Origin: an uncultured archaeon
GTDB lineage: Archaea; Aenigmatarchaeota; Aenigmatarchaeia; GW2011-AR5
Direction: 5' to 3'
DNA length: 57,694 bases
Assembly: GCA_964456345.1 (NCBI GenBank)
Contig: CAYVZO010000001.1
Span: forward strand, 1-57,694
Shown: positions 38,447 through 47,624 of the stretch, piece by piece
How the letters are laid out: each line of letters starts with the position of its first letter
Numbering within the stretch: the stretch's first letter is position 1
Position numbers and translations under genes: made by a program
The notes under the pieces: model-generated
What the model saw: the letters and a program-made list of their open reading frames with translations, nothing else
Databases searched by the model: none
Told to the model about the DNA's origin: nothing

Positions 38447-39411
38447 AAGCCAGTAAGGTTCACAGCCTTGTTACTTTTCAGAAGGTAGGTATTCTCCAGC
38501 CTCACCCCATTTTTTCTGTATAGGCCAGGCTCTATGGTAAAAGTCATGCAAGGCTTGAGAATGTCTTTGCTGTTTTTCGACAAAGAAGGCTTTTCGTGTA
38601 CAGCTAACCCTACGCCGTGACCAAGGCTGTGTGTAAAGAACTTCTCGTCTTTGCCAAGGGCCTTTCTTGCAAATTTTTCCAGGGACCCTGCCTCTATGCC
38701 AGGGTGTATCCTTTTTTCAACAGATTCAACAAACTCTTTCATTTTTCCTTCTAGAGGGTGGTTGAACGTCCTTGTCACGTCTGAATAATAACCCCTGTAC
38801 GTGCAGCAAATATCCACCAGAACAGGCTCTTTATTACATAACTTCTTGTTTGATGCAGCGTGATGAGGGCTGGCTGTGTTCTTGCCGAAAGCTACTATTG
38901 CCTCTGCTTTCGAGTTGTTTTCCCTGGCCAGCATTTCTATCTGTCCCAAGAGCTCGCATTCCTTTACGCCTCTCCTCAGGTCTATTTGACTGAATATTTT
39001 TTTATTAATCCTGCAGGACCTCTTTATGCAGCCTATTTCGTAGTTCGTTTTGATGGACCTTGCGTCTTCCAGAATTTTTGAGATGTCCTTCACCCTGACT
39101 CTGCTTTTCAGCTTTTCGTAAAAAGAAGCGTTAATATACCTCTTGTTTACCCCGACAACGCCTTTGGTCAGTTTTAACACTTCATTGAGAAAATCTTTTG
39201 TGCCTAATTTCTTGACTTTGAACCAAGATTTCTTTGCAGAAAGAAAATCGAAATCTGACGAAAGCATCATCGGGTTTGAAAAATCATAAACAAATATTCC
39301 GGCATTGCTGTTTGTCAGATATAGCAGATTGGGGTCGTTTTCGAATATTATTATTGAGTCTACCCATTTTTTAATATGGTTTATTTTTCTGAGCCTTATT
39401 TGGCGTTCCAT
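38443..39411 (-). CDS. M24-family Xaa-Pro peptidase / aminopeptidase P-like
   Basis: HSLGHGVGLAVHEKP and FTIEPGLY metal-ligand motifs. The start at MERQIRL (39411) is preferred. Confidence 0.8.
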   Translation of the reverse strand: MERQIRLRKINHIKKWVDSIIIFENDPNLLYLTNSNAGIFVYDFSNPMMLSSDFDFLSAKKSWFKVKKLGTKDFLNEVLKLTKGVVGVNKRYINASFYEKLKSRVRVKDISKILEDARSIKTNYEIGCIKRSCRINKKIFSQIDLRRGVKECELLGQIEMLARENNSKAEAIVAFGKNTASPHHAASNKKLCNKEPVLVDICCTYRGYYSDVTRTFNHPLEGKMKEFVESVEKRIHPGIEAGSLEKFARKALGKDEKFFTHSLGHGVGLAVHEKPSLSKNSKDILKPCMTFTIEPGLYRKNGVRLENTYLLKSNKAVNLTGF

Positions 39412-39585
39412 ATAGAAAATATTCACCACAGGCTTATAAATTACTAGAAACGACAAAACATCATCGCAACTGATTGCTCAGTTATCTAATTTATTTCTTC
39501 TTTTTCTTCTTCTTTTTCTTTGCCATTTTAATTCACCAATTATATTTTATAATAAGTTATATTTAAAGTTTTTGAAAAGATTTTC

Positions 39586-40740
39586 CTAATCAAAACAATA
39601 TTTTCCTTTCTCTATCAATGTTTTTTCTTTTCTTTTCGTAGCTACGGAAAGGTTTATTCCCTTGTTGCTTATGAAGTCCCAGTGCAGGCATGAATGACTT
39701 CTTCCGCACGGGAAGCGATAGTTCTCTCCTACAGCCACATGTATAGTGCCGCCTATTTTCTCGTCAGTCAGCAGATAGCCTATTATCTTGTTTATTACAG
39801 GGTTCATGCCTATGCCAAGTTCAGCAACATTTATTGTTCTCACAGTCTTGTATAATTTTTTGTCAACTCTTATGCAGTTCTTCAGTGTTGTCTTGAGTGC
39901 TTTCTCGTTCTTTTCGGCAGTAGTTTTTTGCATATTCAGCCTGCCTTTCTCGAAAACCATTCTTATATCCTCTATCATCTTACCCGAGAAAACATCCGTT
40001 CGTTTCGGGCATACAAGCACACCATGCCCGTAAGTTTCTACCGGCGCCAGAAACGTCTCGCCGCAAGGCAGGTTATTGTGCAGGTCGTCGTTCTTTATAT
40101 CAGAATTGCTTATGAAACCGTCATCCACAAGCGGCCTCCTTCCTTTTATTCTTAGCCACAAATCACTGCCAAATTCGTCGTATATGTGCGCGTACTCGGC
40201 GTTAGCTAAGTTTTTCTCAAGAAACACCGCCTTCTTCATCAGGTCCTTATAACTTATCAGCATGCCTGAGAAAATGAATTTCTCCAGCAAAGGATACGGA
40301 ATGCATAGCTTTGAAGCCATCTCTTTAGTGGGATAGCCGACAGCACAAGTTTTTATTTTCCTCTTTTCTATGATTTTTTCTATAGGTTTGCTGGATTCCT
40401 GGGCAGCTGCTATCTTCTTTGGCGGGAATTTCTCAGCTACTCTAGGATCTTTCAGGCGTTCTATACCAACATAATTGTTTAGGCTTTTCATTATGCTTAT
40501 AGAAAGTTTTGATGTCTTTCTGAGATATCCTACCGGGATTTCTGTATAGATTCTTTTCGCAAGATTATCAGAACCCATGGTTGCCATTACTTCATTTCCC
40601 TGCTTCATGGCCATTATAGACATTTCCTCTATCAGATCCTGCTCGTGCGAGCCGCCCTTGAACAAGACGGCTTCGCCTTTCTTCATGTTCATCCCCCAGA
40701 CAATACGCCTGGCAATTTTTTTCCTTAATGCCGAGTTCAT
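39586..40740 (-). CDS. M29-family (AmpS/aminopeptidase T-like) aminopeptidase
   Basis: 384 aa. GGTIHVAVGENY and the overall pattern resemble thermophilic metalloaminopeptidases. Confidence 0.6.
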   Translation of the reverse strand: MNSALRKKIARRIVWGMNMKKGEAVLFKGGSHEQDLIEEMSIMAMKQGNEVMATMGSDNLAKRIYTEIPVGYLRKTSKLSISIMKSLNNYVGIERLKDPRVAEKFPPKKIAAAQESSKPIEKIIEKRKIKTCAVGYPTKEMASKLCIPYPLLEKFIFSGMLISYKDLMKKAVFLEKNLANAEYAHIYDEFGSDLWLRIKGRRPLVDDGFISNSDIKNDDLHNNLPCGETFLAPVETYGHGVLVCPKRTDVFSGKMIEDIRMVFEKGRLNMQKTTAEKNEKALKTTLKNCIRVDKKLYKTVRTINVAELGIGMNPVINKIIGYLLTDEKIGGTIHVAVGENYRFPCGRSHSCLHWDFISNKGINLSVATKRKEKTLIEKGKYCFD

Positions 40741-40791
40741 AGAATCACATTGGTTACACTAATATTTTAATCCTTCTGTTCATATAAGCTT

Positions 40792-41706
40792 ATGGTCGAC
40801 AAGAGAATTCTCAATACTCTCCGGTTGTGCCTTAAGATAAAAAAGAGCGACAAGGTCCTTATAGTTACCGACAGGTTCAAGATCGGACTTGCAAAAAAAT
40901 TTGAAGCCGCCGCGAAGGAGCTCAGCAAGAGCGTCACTGTATTAAAGACAATACCCAGTGGCCAGCATGGCAGGGAGCCTGACAAGAAGACTGCAGCAGA
41001 GATGCAGAAGCACGACGTCCTTATTTGCATAACAAGATGGTCGTTAACCCACACGAACGCGAGGAAAAATGCCACGAGAAGGGGTGCGAGAATTGCGACA
41101 TTGCCGAATTTCACGGCAGATATGCTTCCTTCCCTTGGCGTTGATTACATCAGAATGGAGAGAATAAACAACAGGATAGAGAAAATAATGAGGAATGGAG
41201 AAAGGGTGGAGATAACGACGCCTTATGGAACAGACCTAAAATTCTCGATAAAAGACAGGAAGGTCATATATTCAGAAAAGCGCGGAAAAGATGTATTCAA
41301 CATCCCGCTTGGCGAGGTTGCAGTGGCGCCGAGAAAAGCAAATGGCGTGCTTGTATTCAATGCCCACGAGGACATAATAAGGAAACCCACGAAAATAATA
41401 ATAAAAAACAACAAGGCTCTTTCTTTCGATAAGACGAGAGAGGGGAGAATAATCAAAAAGATAATATCAATTCCTAGGGGGCGAGTCGTTGCTGAATTCG
41501 GTATAGGCACCAACAACAAGGCAAGGCATGTGTGGAACACCCTTCAGGATGAGAAGGTTATGGGAACGTGCCACATAGCATTCGGAAGCAACATAACATT
41601 CGGTGGCAGAAACAAGAGCAACGTCCACGTGGACTTAATGCTTTTCAGGCCAACCATAAAGATAGACAACAGAATAATAATGGATAAGGGAAAGCCAAGG
41701 TGGTAA
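40792..41706 (+). CDS. M29-like aminopeptidase, short paralogue
   Basis: 304 aa. SDKVLIVTD, GEVAVAP and GTCHIAFGSN parallel the neighbouring M29 gene, from which it is transcribed divergently. Confidence 0.5.
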   Translation: MVDKRILNTLRLCLKIKKSDKVLIVTDRFKIGLAKKFEAAAKELSKSVTVLKTIPSGQHGREPDKKTAAEMQKHDVLICITRWSLTHTNARKNATRRGARIATLPNFTADMLPSLGVDYIRMERINNRIEKIMRNGERVEITTPYGTDLKFSIKDRKVIYSEKRGKDVFNIPLGEVAVAPRKANGVLVFNAHEDIIRKPTKIIIKNNKALSFDKTREGRIIKKIISIPRGRVVAEFGIGTNNKARHVWNTLQDEKVMGTCHIAFGSNITFGGRNKSNVHVDLMLFRPTIKIDNRIIMDKGKPRW

Positions 41707-41707
41707 T

Positions 41708-43039
41708 TTGAACAAGCATATCTTCCGTTCGTATGATATCAGGGGAGTTTACAAAAAGGATATCGACGAAAACCTAATGAGGAAAATAGGAAATGCATTC
41801 GCTCAGTCAGTTGAAGGAGAGGTTCTCGTTGCGAATGACATGAGGCTGAGCAGCGAGAGCCTGGCCAGGGCGTTCATCTCAGGAGTTAACGATGCAGGAA
41901 AGAACGTCTTCAGTCTCGGCCTTGTTCCGATGGCAGTTGCAATGTTCCACGCCTGGAAAAACAATTTAGAGCTTGCCTATATAACTGCTTCTCATCTGCC
42001 CAAGGAGTGGAACGGAGTAAAATTCTTCCACAAAGACGGCATCGGCTTTATTGACAGGGAGAATTATAAAATAAGGGATACGGTTATAGATGAAAAATTT
42101 GTCAAGAATGAAAAAGGAAAGACACTTGAACTTAATTCCAAAGAGGTTATGGAGAATTACAAGAATTATCTGCTCTCAAAGCTGAGGGCAGAAAAGCCAT
42201 TAAGAATCATCGTAGACTGCGGCAACGGCACCACCGGACTTGTTGCAAAGGACTTGTTTGAAAAAGCAGGATTTTCCGTATCAGTTATTTTCGAAAAGCC
42301 GGACGGGAACATGCCCAACAGAGGTGGCGATCCCCATGAAGACGGATTGGAAGAGCTAAAGAAAAAAGTAGGGGATGCCGACCTGGGAGTCGCGTTCGAC
42401 GGGGACGGCGATCGTGTAGTTTTGATGGATGAGAAAGGGAACAAGCTTTCTTCGGAAGAGACTGCTTACATCATTATGGAAGAACTCGGAAAAGAGGAAG
42501 GACCGATAGTAGCAACTGTCGAATGCACACATCTGATAGACGACATAGCAATGCGATTTAACAAGGACGTGATACGCACGCCAGTTGGGCATACTTTTCT
42601 AGTCGAGGCTGTGCACAAGCACAAGGCGTGTTTTGGAACGGAGAACAGCGGTCACGCTATAATACCTTCCATAACTCCTTTCGACGATGCGATACCAATA
42701 AGCATTTATGCCGCCATCGTGGTTGCAAAAAGCGGGAAAAGACTGTCAGAACACCTGAGCGAAATGCCTCACTACCCTTTCACCGCAAAAGCATTCGTAT
42801 GCAGCGACGACAAGAAATTCGAAATAATCAATAAACTGGAAAAAAGGTTCTCGGAAGAATACGACAAAGTTAACACAACAGACGGCGTTCGCATTGACTT
42901 CGAAAACAGCTGGGTTCTTATTCGTGCATCAAACACCGAGCCGAAAATAAAACTAAGCCTGCAGGCAATGGACAACGAAAAGCTGAAAGAAATGAAGAAG
43001 AAGTTCTCAAAAATTCTGGAAGACGCGATAAAACAATAA
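41708..43039 (+). CDS. Phosphoglucomutase/phosphomannomutase family protein
   Basis: IFRSYDIRG, phosphoserine loop ITASHLP, Mg loop FDGDGDR and GTENSGH. TTG start one nt after the upstream stop. Confidence 0.9.
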   Translation: MNKHIFRSYDIRGVYKKDIDENLMRKIGNAFAQSVEGEVLVANDMRLSSESLARAFISGVNDAGKNVFSLGLVPMAVAMFHAWKNNLELAYITASHLPKEWNGVKFFHKDGIGFIDRENYKIRDTVIDEKFVKNEKGKTLELNSKEVMENYKNYLLSKLRAEKPLRIIVDCGNGTTGLVAKDLFEKAGFSVSVIFEKPDGNMPNRGGDPHEDGLEELKKKVGDADLGVAFDGDGDRVVLMDEKGNKLSSEETAYIIMEELGKEEGPIVATVECTHLIDDIAMRFNKDVIRTPVGHTFLVEAVHKHKACFGTENSGHAIIPSITPFDDAIPISIYAAIVVAKSGKRLSEHLSEMPHYPFTAKAFVCSDDKKFEIINKLEKRFSEEYDKVNTTDGVRIDFENSWVLIRASNTEPKIKLSLQAMDNEKLKEMKKKFSKILEDAIKQ

Positions 43040-43339
43040 CTCATCCTAAGAAGCATAATTTATAAGCCTTTCGTCAAAAGAAGAAGCGATAATCATACCC
43101 AAAAATAACAAAAGCCACGATTTAGCAAAACCCCAGCAGAAGGAATCCATAAGAATGAACACTGCCTTTATGGGGTCGAAAGAAGGCTAAGGCATTGGAA
43201 ATATACAAAGAAAATGCATGTAAGGTTTTGGTTACTGGCGGATATTCAGGAATCCTTTTTGATGAAAATAACGAGCTTTCCTTAAGGCATAAGGAGTTTT
43301 TGGATGAATTTTGGAGGCGTGAAGGCGATGCCGTCCTCT

Positions 43340-44104
43340 TTACGCACCCGAGTAAAAACCCTGTTTCTTCTCCATGAATTTGCGTGTTTCTTCTAATGCT
43401 TCTTTATTTCCTATGTCGAACCAGTAATCACTGAAGACATAACCGAATACGTCCTGTTTCTTATGCAGCCATTCTAAGAAAAAGCCGGGCGCATCCTTCT
43501 TTTTGCTTTGTTTCAGATATTCCGAGAAAAGCTTGAGCGTGTCTTTCGGAAAGATATAACAACCAGTGCTCGCTAGGGTGGATTTAGGCTGTTCCGGCTT
43601 TTCGTCGAATTCGATGATTTTATTTTTGTCATCTATTTCGACGATGCCGTACCCCTTGGCCTTTTCCACGTCTTTTACATCAAAAACAGCGACTACAGGC
43701 GCTTTCTTCTGCCTGAAGAACTCTATGAAATCCCTGACCTCAAAAGAGAATATATTATCCCCTGCTAATATTATGCAATCTTCATCTATTTTCGCGAGGT
43801 TTATAGCAAAGTCTATGCCTGCTATTGAACCCAGCTTCTCCTCCTCGCTATGTGCGCCTTCGATAACGAATTTCAGCTTTTCGAATCCGTATTTTTGGAC
43901 CCATTCCTTGAAAACCGGCTCGAATTTGGCGTTTGTCGATATTATTATCTCATTAATTTCTCCCATCTTCTCAAGCTTTTCTACTATATAGTTCATTATG
44001 GGCTTGCCGCCGACTTCCAGAAGCGGCTTGGCCTTTTCAAGTGTCAGGGGCCACAAGCGCTTGGCAAAGCCCCCGCATAAAACAACTGCCTTTATAACAA
44101 ACAC
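43340..44104 (-). CDS. Sugar-phosphate nucleotidyltransferase (NTP_transferase family)
   Basis: AVVLCGGFAKRLWPLTLEKAKPLLEVGGKPI signature. GTG start. Confidence 0.8.
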   Translation of the reverse strand: MFVIKAVVLCGGFAKRLWPLTLEKAKPLLEVGGKPIMNYIVEKLEKMGEINEIIISTNAKFEPVFKEWVQKYGFEKLKFVIEGAHSEEEKLGSIAGIDFAINLAKIDEDCIILAGDNIFSFEVRDFIEFFRQKKAPVVAVFDVKDVEKAKGYGIVEIDDKNKIIEFDEKPEQPKSTLASTGCYIFPKDTLKLFSEYLKQSKKKDAPGFFLEWLHKKQDVFGYVFSDYWFDIGNKEALEETRKFMEKKQGFYSGA

Positions 44105-44469
44105 CTCTCTATAACATCTGCAATTATTTCCAGTTCGCCTTTGTAATTCTCAACCTTGCCCTTAGCTGTAACTTTGTCGTTTCTAGTTAAATTATAAACT
44201 GCAGGATAGTTTCTTGCTGTAGTGGCGAACATAACCACCTTTATATTAGAATTATTGTCATCAAGTGTTATAAAAACATGACCATCTTTCGTACTCATTG
44301 ATGATATTATGCCTGACACAATCACTTCCCTACCGACTTTGGATGAAGTAATATTCCCTATGCTAAGATTTTCCGGCTGTATAACTAGATTAGTGATGAA
44401 CAGGCATACTATACCAACTACAGCAACAAGAAAAGATATCTTCATCAGACTCTTGTCGGATATCATCAT
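44092..44469 (-). CDS. Membrane-anchored OB-fold protein
   Basis: N-terminal TM helix, then an OB-like VIVSGIISSMSTKDGHVFITLDD...KVTAKGKVENYKGELEI. Confidence 0.5.
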   Translation of the reverse strand: MMISDKSLMKISFLVAVVGIVCLFITNLVIQPENLSIGNITSSKVGREVIVSGIISSMSTKDGHVFITLDDNNSNIKVVMFATTARNYPAVYNLTRNDKVTAKGKVENYKGELEIIADVIERCLL

Positions 44470-44999
44470 CTACCCAGCTCAAAAACTTTAATGCCCTCGT
44501 ATACAGGGCCTTTCGGCGTTAACGTGCTCTTCTTCAGCGTTATTTTATCAACAGGCATGGTGCCAAAGCTTTCGTTTTCGTATTTCTTGACAATTTTTGC
44601 AATAATATCTTTTCCTCGAGGAGAACGAACACGAGTTATTGTTAAATGCGGAGTTACTTTTTCTGGCTTACCAGGGAGCAAACGTGACACGTTTTTATGC
44701 AGGCTAATGAAATCATCTGACAAAACACCAATCCAGATAACGCGTATATAGGATAGGCTCGGAAAAGCGCCCATCCCACTTAACTGGATGTTGAATGGTT
44801 TGGTATTTTTTGTTAAGCCGGCTATACTTTGTGCTATGTCTTTAATTGAATTTTCGTTTATTTCTCCAAGGAATTTTAGCGTGAAATGTAGGTTCTTTTT
44901 TTCTACCAGTTTTGTATCGAAAGAGGCAAACTCCTGCTGAATTCCTGCTATCTTTTTCTTTAGCTCTTCCGGCACATCTACAGCTATAAAGCAGCGCAT
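44466..44999 (-). CDS. RNA 2',3'-cyclic phosphodiesterase / 2'-5' RNA ligase (2H family, LigT-like)
   Basis: Two H-x-T-x motifs, HFTLKFLG and HLTITRV. 177 aa. Confidence 0.8.
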   Translation of the reverse strand: MRCFIAVDVPEELKKKIAGIQQEFASFDTKLVEKKNLHFTLKFLGEINENSIKDIAQSIAGLTKNTKPFNIQLSGMGAFPSLSYIRVIWIGVLSDDFISLHKNVSRLLPGKPEKVTPHLTITRVRSPRGKDIIAKIVKKYENESFGTMPVDKITLKKSTLTPKGPVYEGIKVFELGR

Positions 45000-45070
45000 A
45001 AGTATAACTTTTCAATTCCTTTTAAAAGTTTTCCGCTATCCAATTAACGGTATTTTATAACGGTGAATTT

Positions 45071-46576
45071 ATGGTATATACTGCACAGGATCTTAGAGAT
45101 TTTTCCAATAGAGAACTCGGAGATGTGAACTATTTAGTAGCGTCAAAGAGGCAGCCAAGGAGGCATTATAGATCAGAGAGTGGCGAAATAAAAATACAAG
45201 AGACGTCAGGAGGACTTACAAGAGCTCTCGAGCCTCCTGTCAGATATTCCAATGGTGTTTGGGTAGCTTCTGCAGACACAGAGGCCGATTTCGAGGTAGT
45301 GCAAGCTGACAACAGCGTAATGGTCCCTTCAAGAGACCCGAAATACAAGCTTCTGAGATTATGGCTAAGAGGAAGGGGCGATTTCCCAAACAGGTATCTA
45401 TGGTTCAATTTCCATAACGTCCCAGGGATAACCCCCAGGTTTAATGCTAGAATGTTTACTGATTATCTATTTGACAACCGTCAGTACAGTATCAGCATAG
45501 ATCACGAAGCTCTCAGAGCAGAGAAAGCTGGCAAGAGAACCTTGGCAGATATCCAAGACTATCACCTTCTGCTTGTTGGTCAGGATCTCGAGTGGCTGAA
45601 TCCTGACGTATTCAAGATGCTTTTTATTCATACCCCGTGGCCTACGGCTGATGAATACTGTGAAATGCCCGAGCCTGCAAGATATAAGATAGCCAAAGAT
45701 ATGCTCGCTTTCGATATTCTTGGGTTTCAGACGGAAAAAGATTCGGAGAATTTTATGAATACCATAGAAAAAACCGTCAAATGTGCAAGAACCAAGGACG
45801 ATGGCCGTATCACTGTTAACGGACATTTAGCATTGGTTCGCAGCTATCCTATAGGTATAGATTATGATGAAATAAAGGCCCGGGTTGCAGACAGAGAGAG
45901 AATGGAAAAAGAAACAAGAAGAATCAAGAAAAGACTTGGCATAAAGGAAAACCAGAAAGTCTTTATAAGGTGGGACAGGGCAGACCCCTCAAAAAACATA
46001 CCCAACTCAATCAGGGCTTATGAAAGCTTCCTCGATAGCAACCCCCAGCATATTGGAAATGTTTGCTATTTGGTCATAGCTGAGGAAAGCAGGCAGCACC
46101 TTAAAGTTTATCGCGATTACAACAGAGAGATACGTGACACAGTTGAGAAGGTGAACCAGAAATACGGCTCTGAACTTTACAAACCTGTTATCTTAACAGG
46201 TGGCATACCGCATGATAAATTGCATCCTTACTGGTATATGTTTGACATTCATATAGCCAATTCCTGGAGAGACGGACAACATCTTGGAGTCAAAGAAGGT
46301 GTAGCAGCAAACAAAGGAAATGGCGTTTCGATAATAGGAAACGAAGTAGGTGCTGCTAAGCAAGGCTATTGTAATGGAAAAGGAGCCCTTATTACTGACC
46401 CTAGAAGTGGAGATGCAATTCAGGAGCTGGCAGATTTAATGAAAAAAGCAATAGAAATGCCAGAAGCGGAAAAAGAAGCCAGAATGGCTAATATGAAGAA
46501 GGTTTTCGAGGCAGATAATATTTTCAAATGGGAAGCAGAAAGGCTTGAAGATGCGTTAAACCTTATGAAAAGATAA
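45071..46576 (+). CDS. GT20-family glycosyltransferase (trehalose-6-phosphate synthase-like)
   Basis: SGGLTRAL, LWFNFHNVPG, IQDYHLLLV, HTPWP, DILGFQTEKDSENF, SYPIGIDYDE, RWDRADPSKN and RDGQHLGVKEGVA follow the OtsA motif order. Confidence 0.7.
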   Translation: MVYTAQDLRDFSNRELGDVNYLVASKRQPRRHYRSESGEIKIQETSGGLTRALEPPVRYSNGVWVASADTEADFEVVQADNSVMVPSRDPKYKLLRLWLRGRGDFPNRYLWFNFHNVPGITPRFNARMFTDYLFDNRQYSISIDHEALRAEKAGKRTLADIQDYHLLLVGQDLEWLNPDVFKMLFIHTPWPTADEYCEMPEPARYKIAKDMLAFDILGFQTEKDSENFMNTIEKTVKCARTKDDGRITVNGHLALVRSYPIGIDYDEIKARVADRERMEKETRRIKKRLGIKENQKVFIRWDRADPSKNIPNSIRAYESFLDSNPQHIGNVCYLVIAEESRQHLKVYRDYNREIRDTVEKVNQKYGSELYKPVILTGGIPHDKLHPYWYMFDIHIANSWRDGQHLGVKEGVAANKGNGVSIIGNEVGAAKQGYCNGKGALITDPRSGDAIQELADLMKKAIEMPEAEKEARMANMKKVFEADNIFKWEAERLEDALNLMKR

Positions 46577-46694
46577 CTTGTGAGTTCTGTTTCAAGAATT
46601 TTCGTGTCACACCTAATTCTTCAAAATTTTGCTTTTGTGGGCAAAAACAAACAATAGAAATCTTTTTATGTACAACTGTCCATTTTATTTGCGT

Positions 46695-46997
46695 ATGGGA
46701 AGAAAAAGAGGCTTTGATGAAAAGAAGATAGTATCTATTATTGGTTTATTGGCGAGTAATCCTGACGGATTGTGGCTAAGGCGGATAGCAGTAGAGCTGA
46801 ATTTATCGCCTACTACAGTTTCTAAATATATAGACGGAATCTTAAAGCCACTAGTAGAAGACGTTTCTCTGGGCGGCTCTGGCAAGCCGCTTCTCCGCGT
46901 CATACGGCTAAGGCCTTTTGTTCTTGAGAGGCTTGCTGAAGGCAAGAAAATAAAGCAGATAATGAAGATGCTTGATATTATGAACAAAATAGGCTGA
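46695..46997 (+). CDS. Small winged-helix DNA-binding protein
   Basis: IVSIIGLLASNPDGLWLRRIAVELNLSPTTVSKYIDGIL is an HTH/wHTH pattern. The ATG at 46695 is preferred. Located immediately left of the iteron region. Confidence 0.5.
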   Translation: MGRKRGFDEKKIVSIIGLLASNPDGLWLRRIAVELNLSPTTVSKYIDGILKPLVEDVSLGGSGKPLLRVIRLRPFVLERLAEGKKIKQIMKMLDIMNKIG

Positions 46998-47127
46998 TTT
47001 CCCGGATTATTATACAAATACTTTTGTTATATAGATTTTTTTGTGCCTTATAAAGGGCAAATATGGATTTTAAGGAGCTAAAAGTTATATTTTATTCTTA
47101 AATTTTTAAGATTTAGGCTCTCTAAAC

Positions 47128-47589
47128 CTCACAGAATACTCATATTTGCTCACAAACAGTATAGGTATATATGAAGGTTGCGTGAATATCTCGTGAACAT
47201 ATCGTGATATTCACGTGAACATAGTGGTTTTACGTGAATATTTCGTGAATACCTGTGAATATATGTGAACTTGAAATGAATATATCGTGAACATCAGTTT
47301 TAAGCCTCACAAAAACAATAAAAATAGCACTGAAAACTCACATATTGGCCTTTATTCCATGTTTTAGCCGTAATAACCTTCACAAAACCTTCACTTTACC
47401 CTTCACAAAACCTTCACAAAACCTTCACCATGTTCACAGTGAAAGAAATATCTAAATTTGGCATTCACGTGAAGTTCATAAACATTCATGTGAATATATC
47501 GTGAATATCACGTGAAGTTGTTAAATAAGCGTGAACATCATCGTGAACATGCTAAAATAGCTCGTGAAGGTACGTGAAATTGGAGTGAA
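47128..47589. repeat. Iteron array: about 26 copies of a GTGAA/TTCAC core (consensus about CGTGAAYAT) with 10-12 bp phasing, in three blocks
   Basis: Counted by eye: 18 GTGAA and 8 TTCAC on the + strand, plus near-copies. Blocks at 47182-47291 (direct), 47377-47437 (inverted orientation) and 47464-47589 (direct). Confidence 0.9.
47377..47429. repeat. Tandem 11-bp repeat CCTTCAC(A/T)AAA, about 5 units, followed by the dyad TTCACAGTGAA
   Basis: ccttcacaaaaccttcactttacccttcacaaaaccttcacaaaaccttcacc read directly. The dyad lies at 47433..47443. Confidence 0.9.
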
Positions 47590-47624
47590 TATCTAGGCAT
47601 AGTTTTTTAAACCGAGGCATATAT

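Noticed and set aside
39491-39526. Poly-Lys mini-ORF as a ribosomal protein L41e-like gene
   Set aside because: L41e-type peptides are about 25 aa and Arg/Lys-mixed with a defined pattern. This ORF is 11 aa and pure Lys, so I kept it only as a possible leader peptide.
43159-43377. Open frame reading ...GRKKAKALEIYKENACKVLVTGGYSG..., reminiscent of DUF218/YdcF-type proteins
   Set aside because: Only about 70 codons with a TTG start, and it overlaps the 3' end of the convergent nucleotidyltransferase gene. It could be a gene remnant, but the evidence is too thin to annotate.
47128-47589. Could the repeat region be a CRISPR array?
   Set aside because: The units are 9-11 bp with 10-12 bp periodicity and mixed orientation. 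There are no 25-40 bp repeats separated by unique spacers, and no cas genes in the window.
47182-47589. Some copies (TGTGAATAT) match the reverse complement of the bacterial DnaA box (TGTGNATAA) at 8 of 9 positions
   Set aside because: Most copies read CGTGAA rather than TGTGNA. The replication genes in the window are archaeal and no DnaA is present. I treat the match as coincidental and mention it only so it can be tested.
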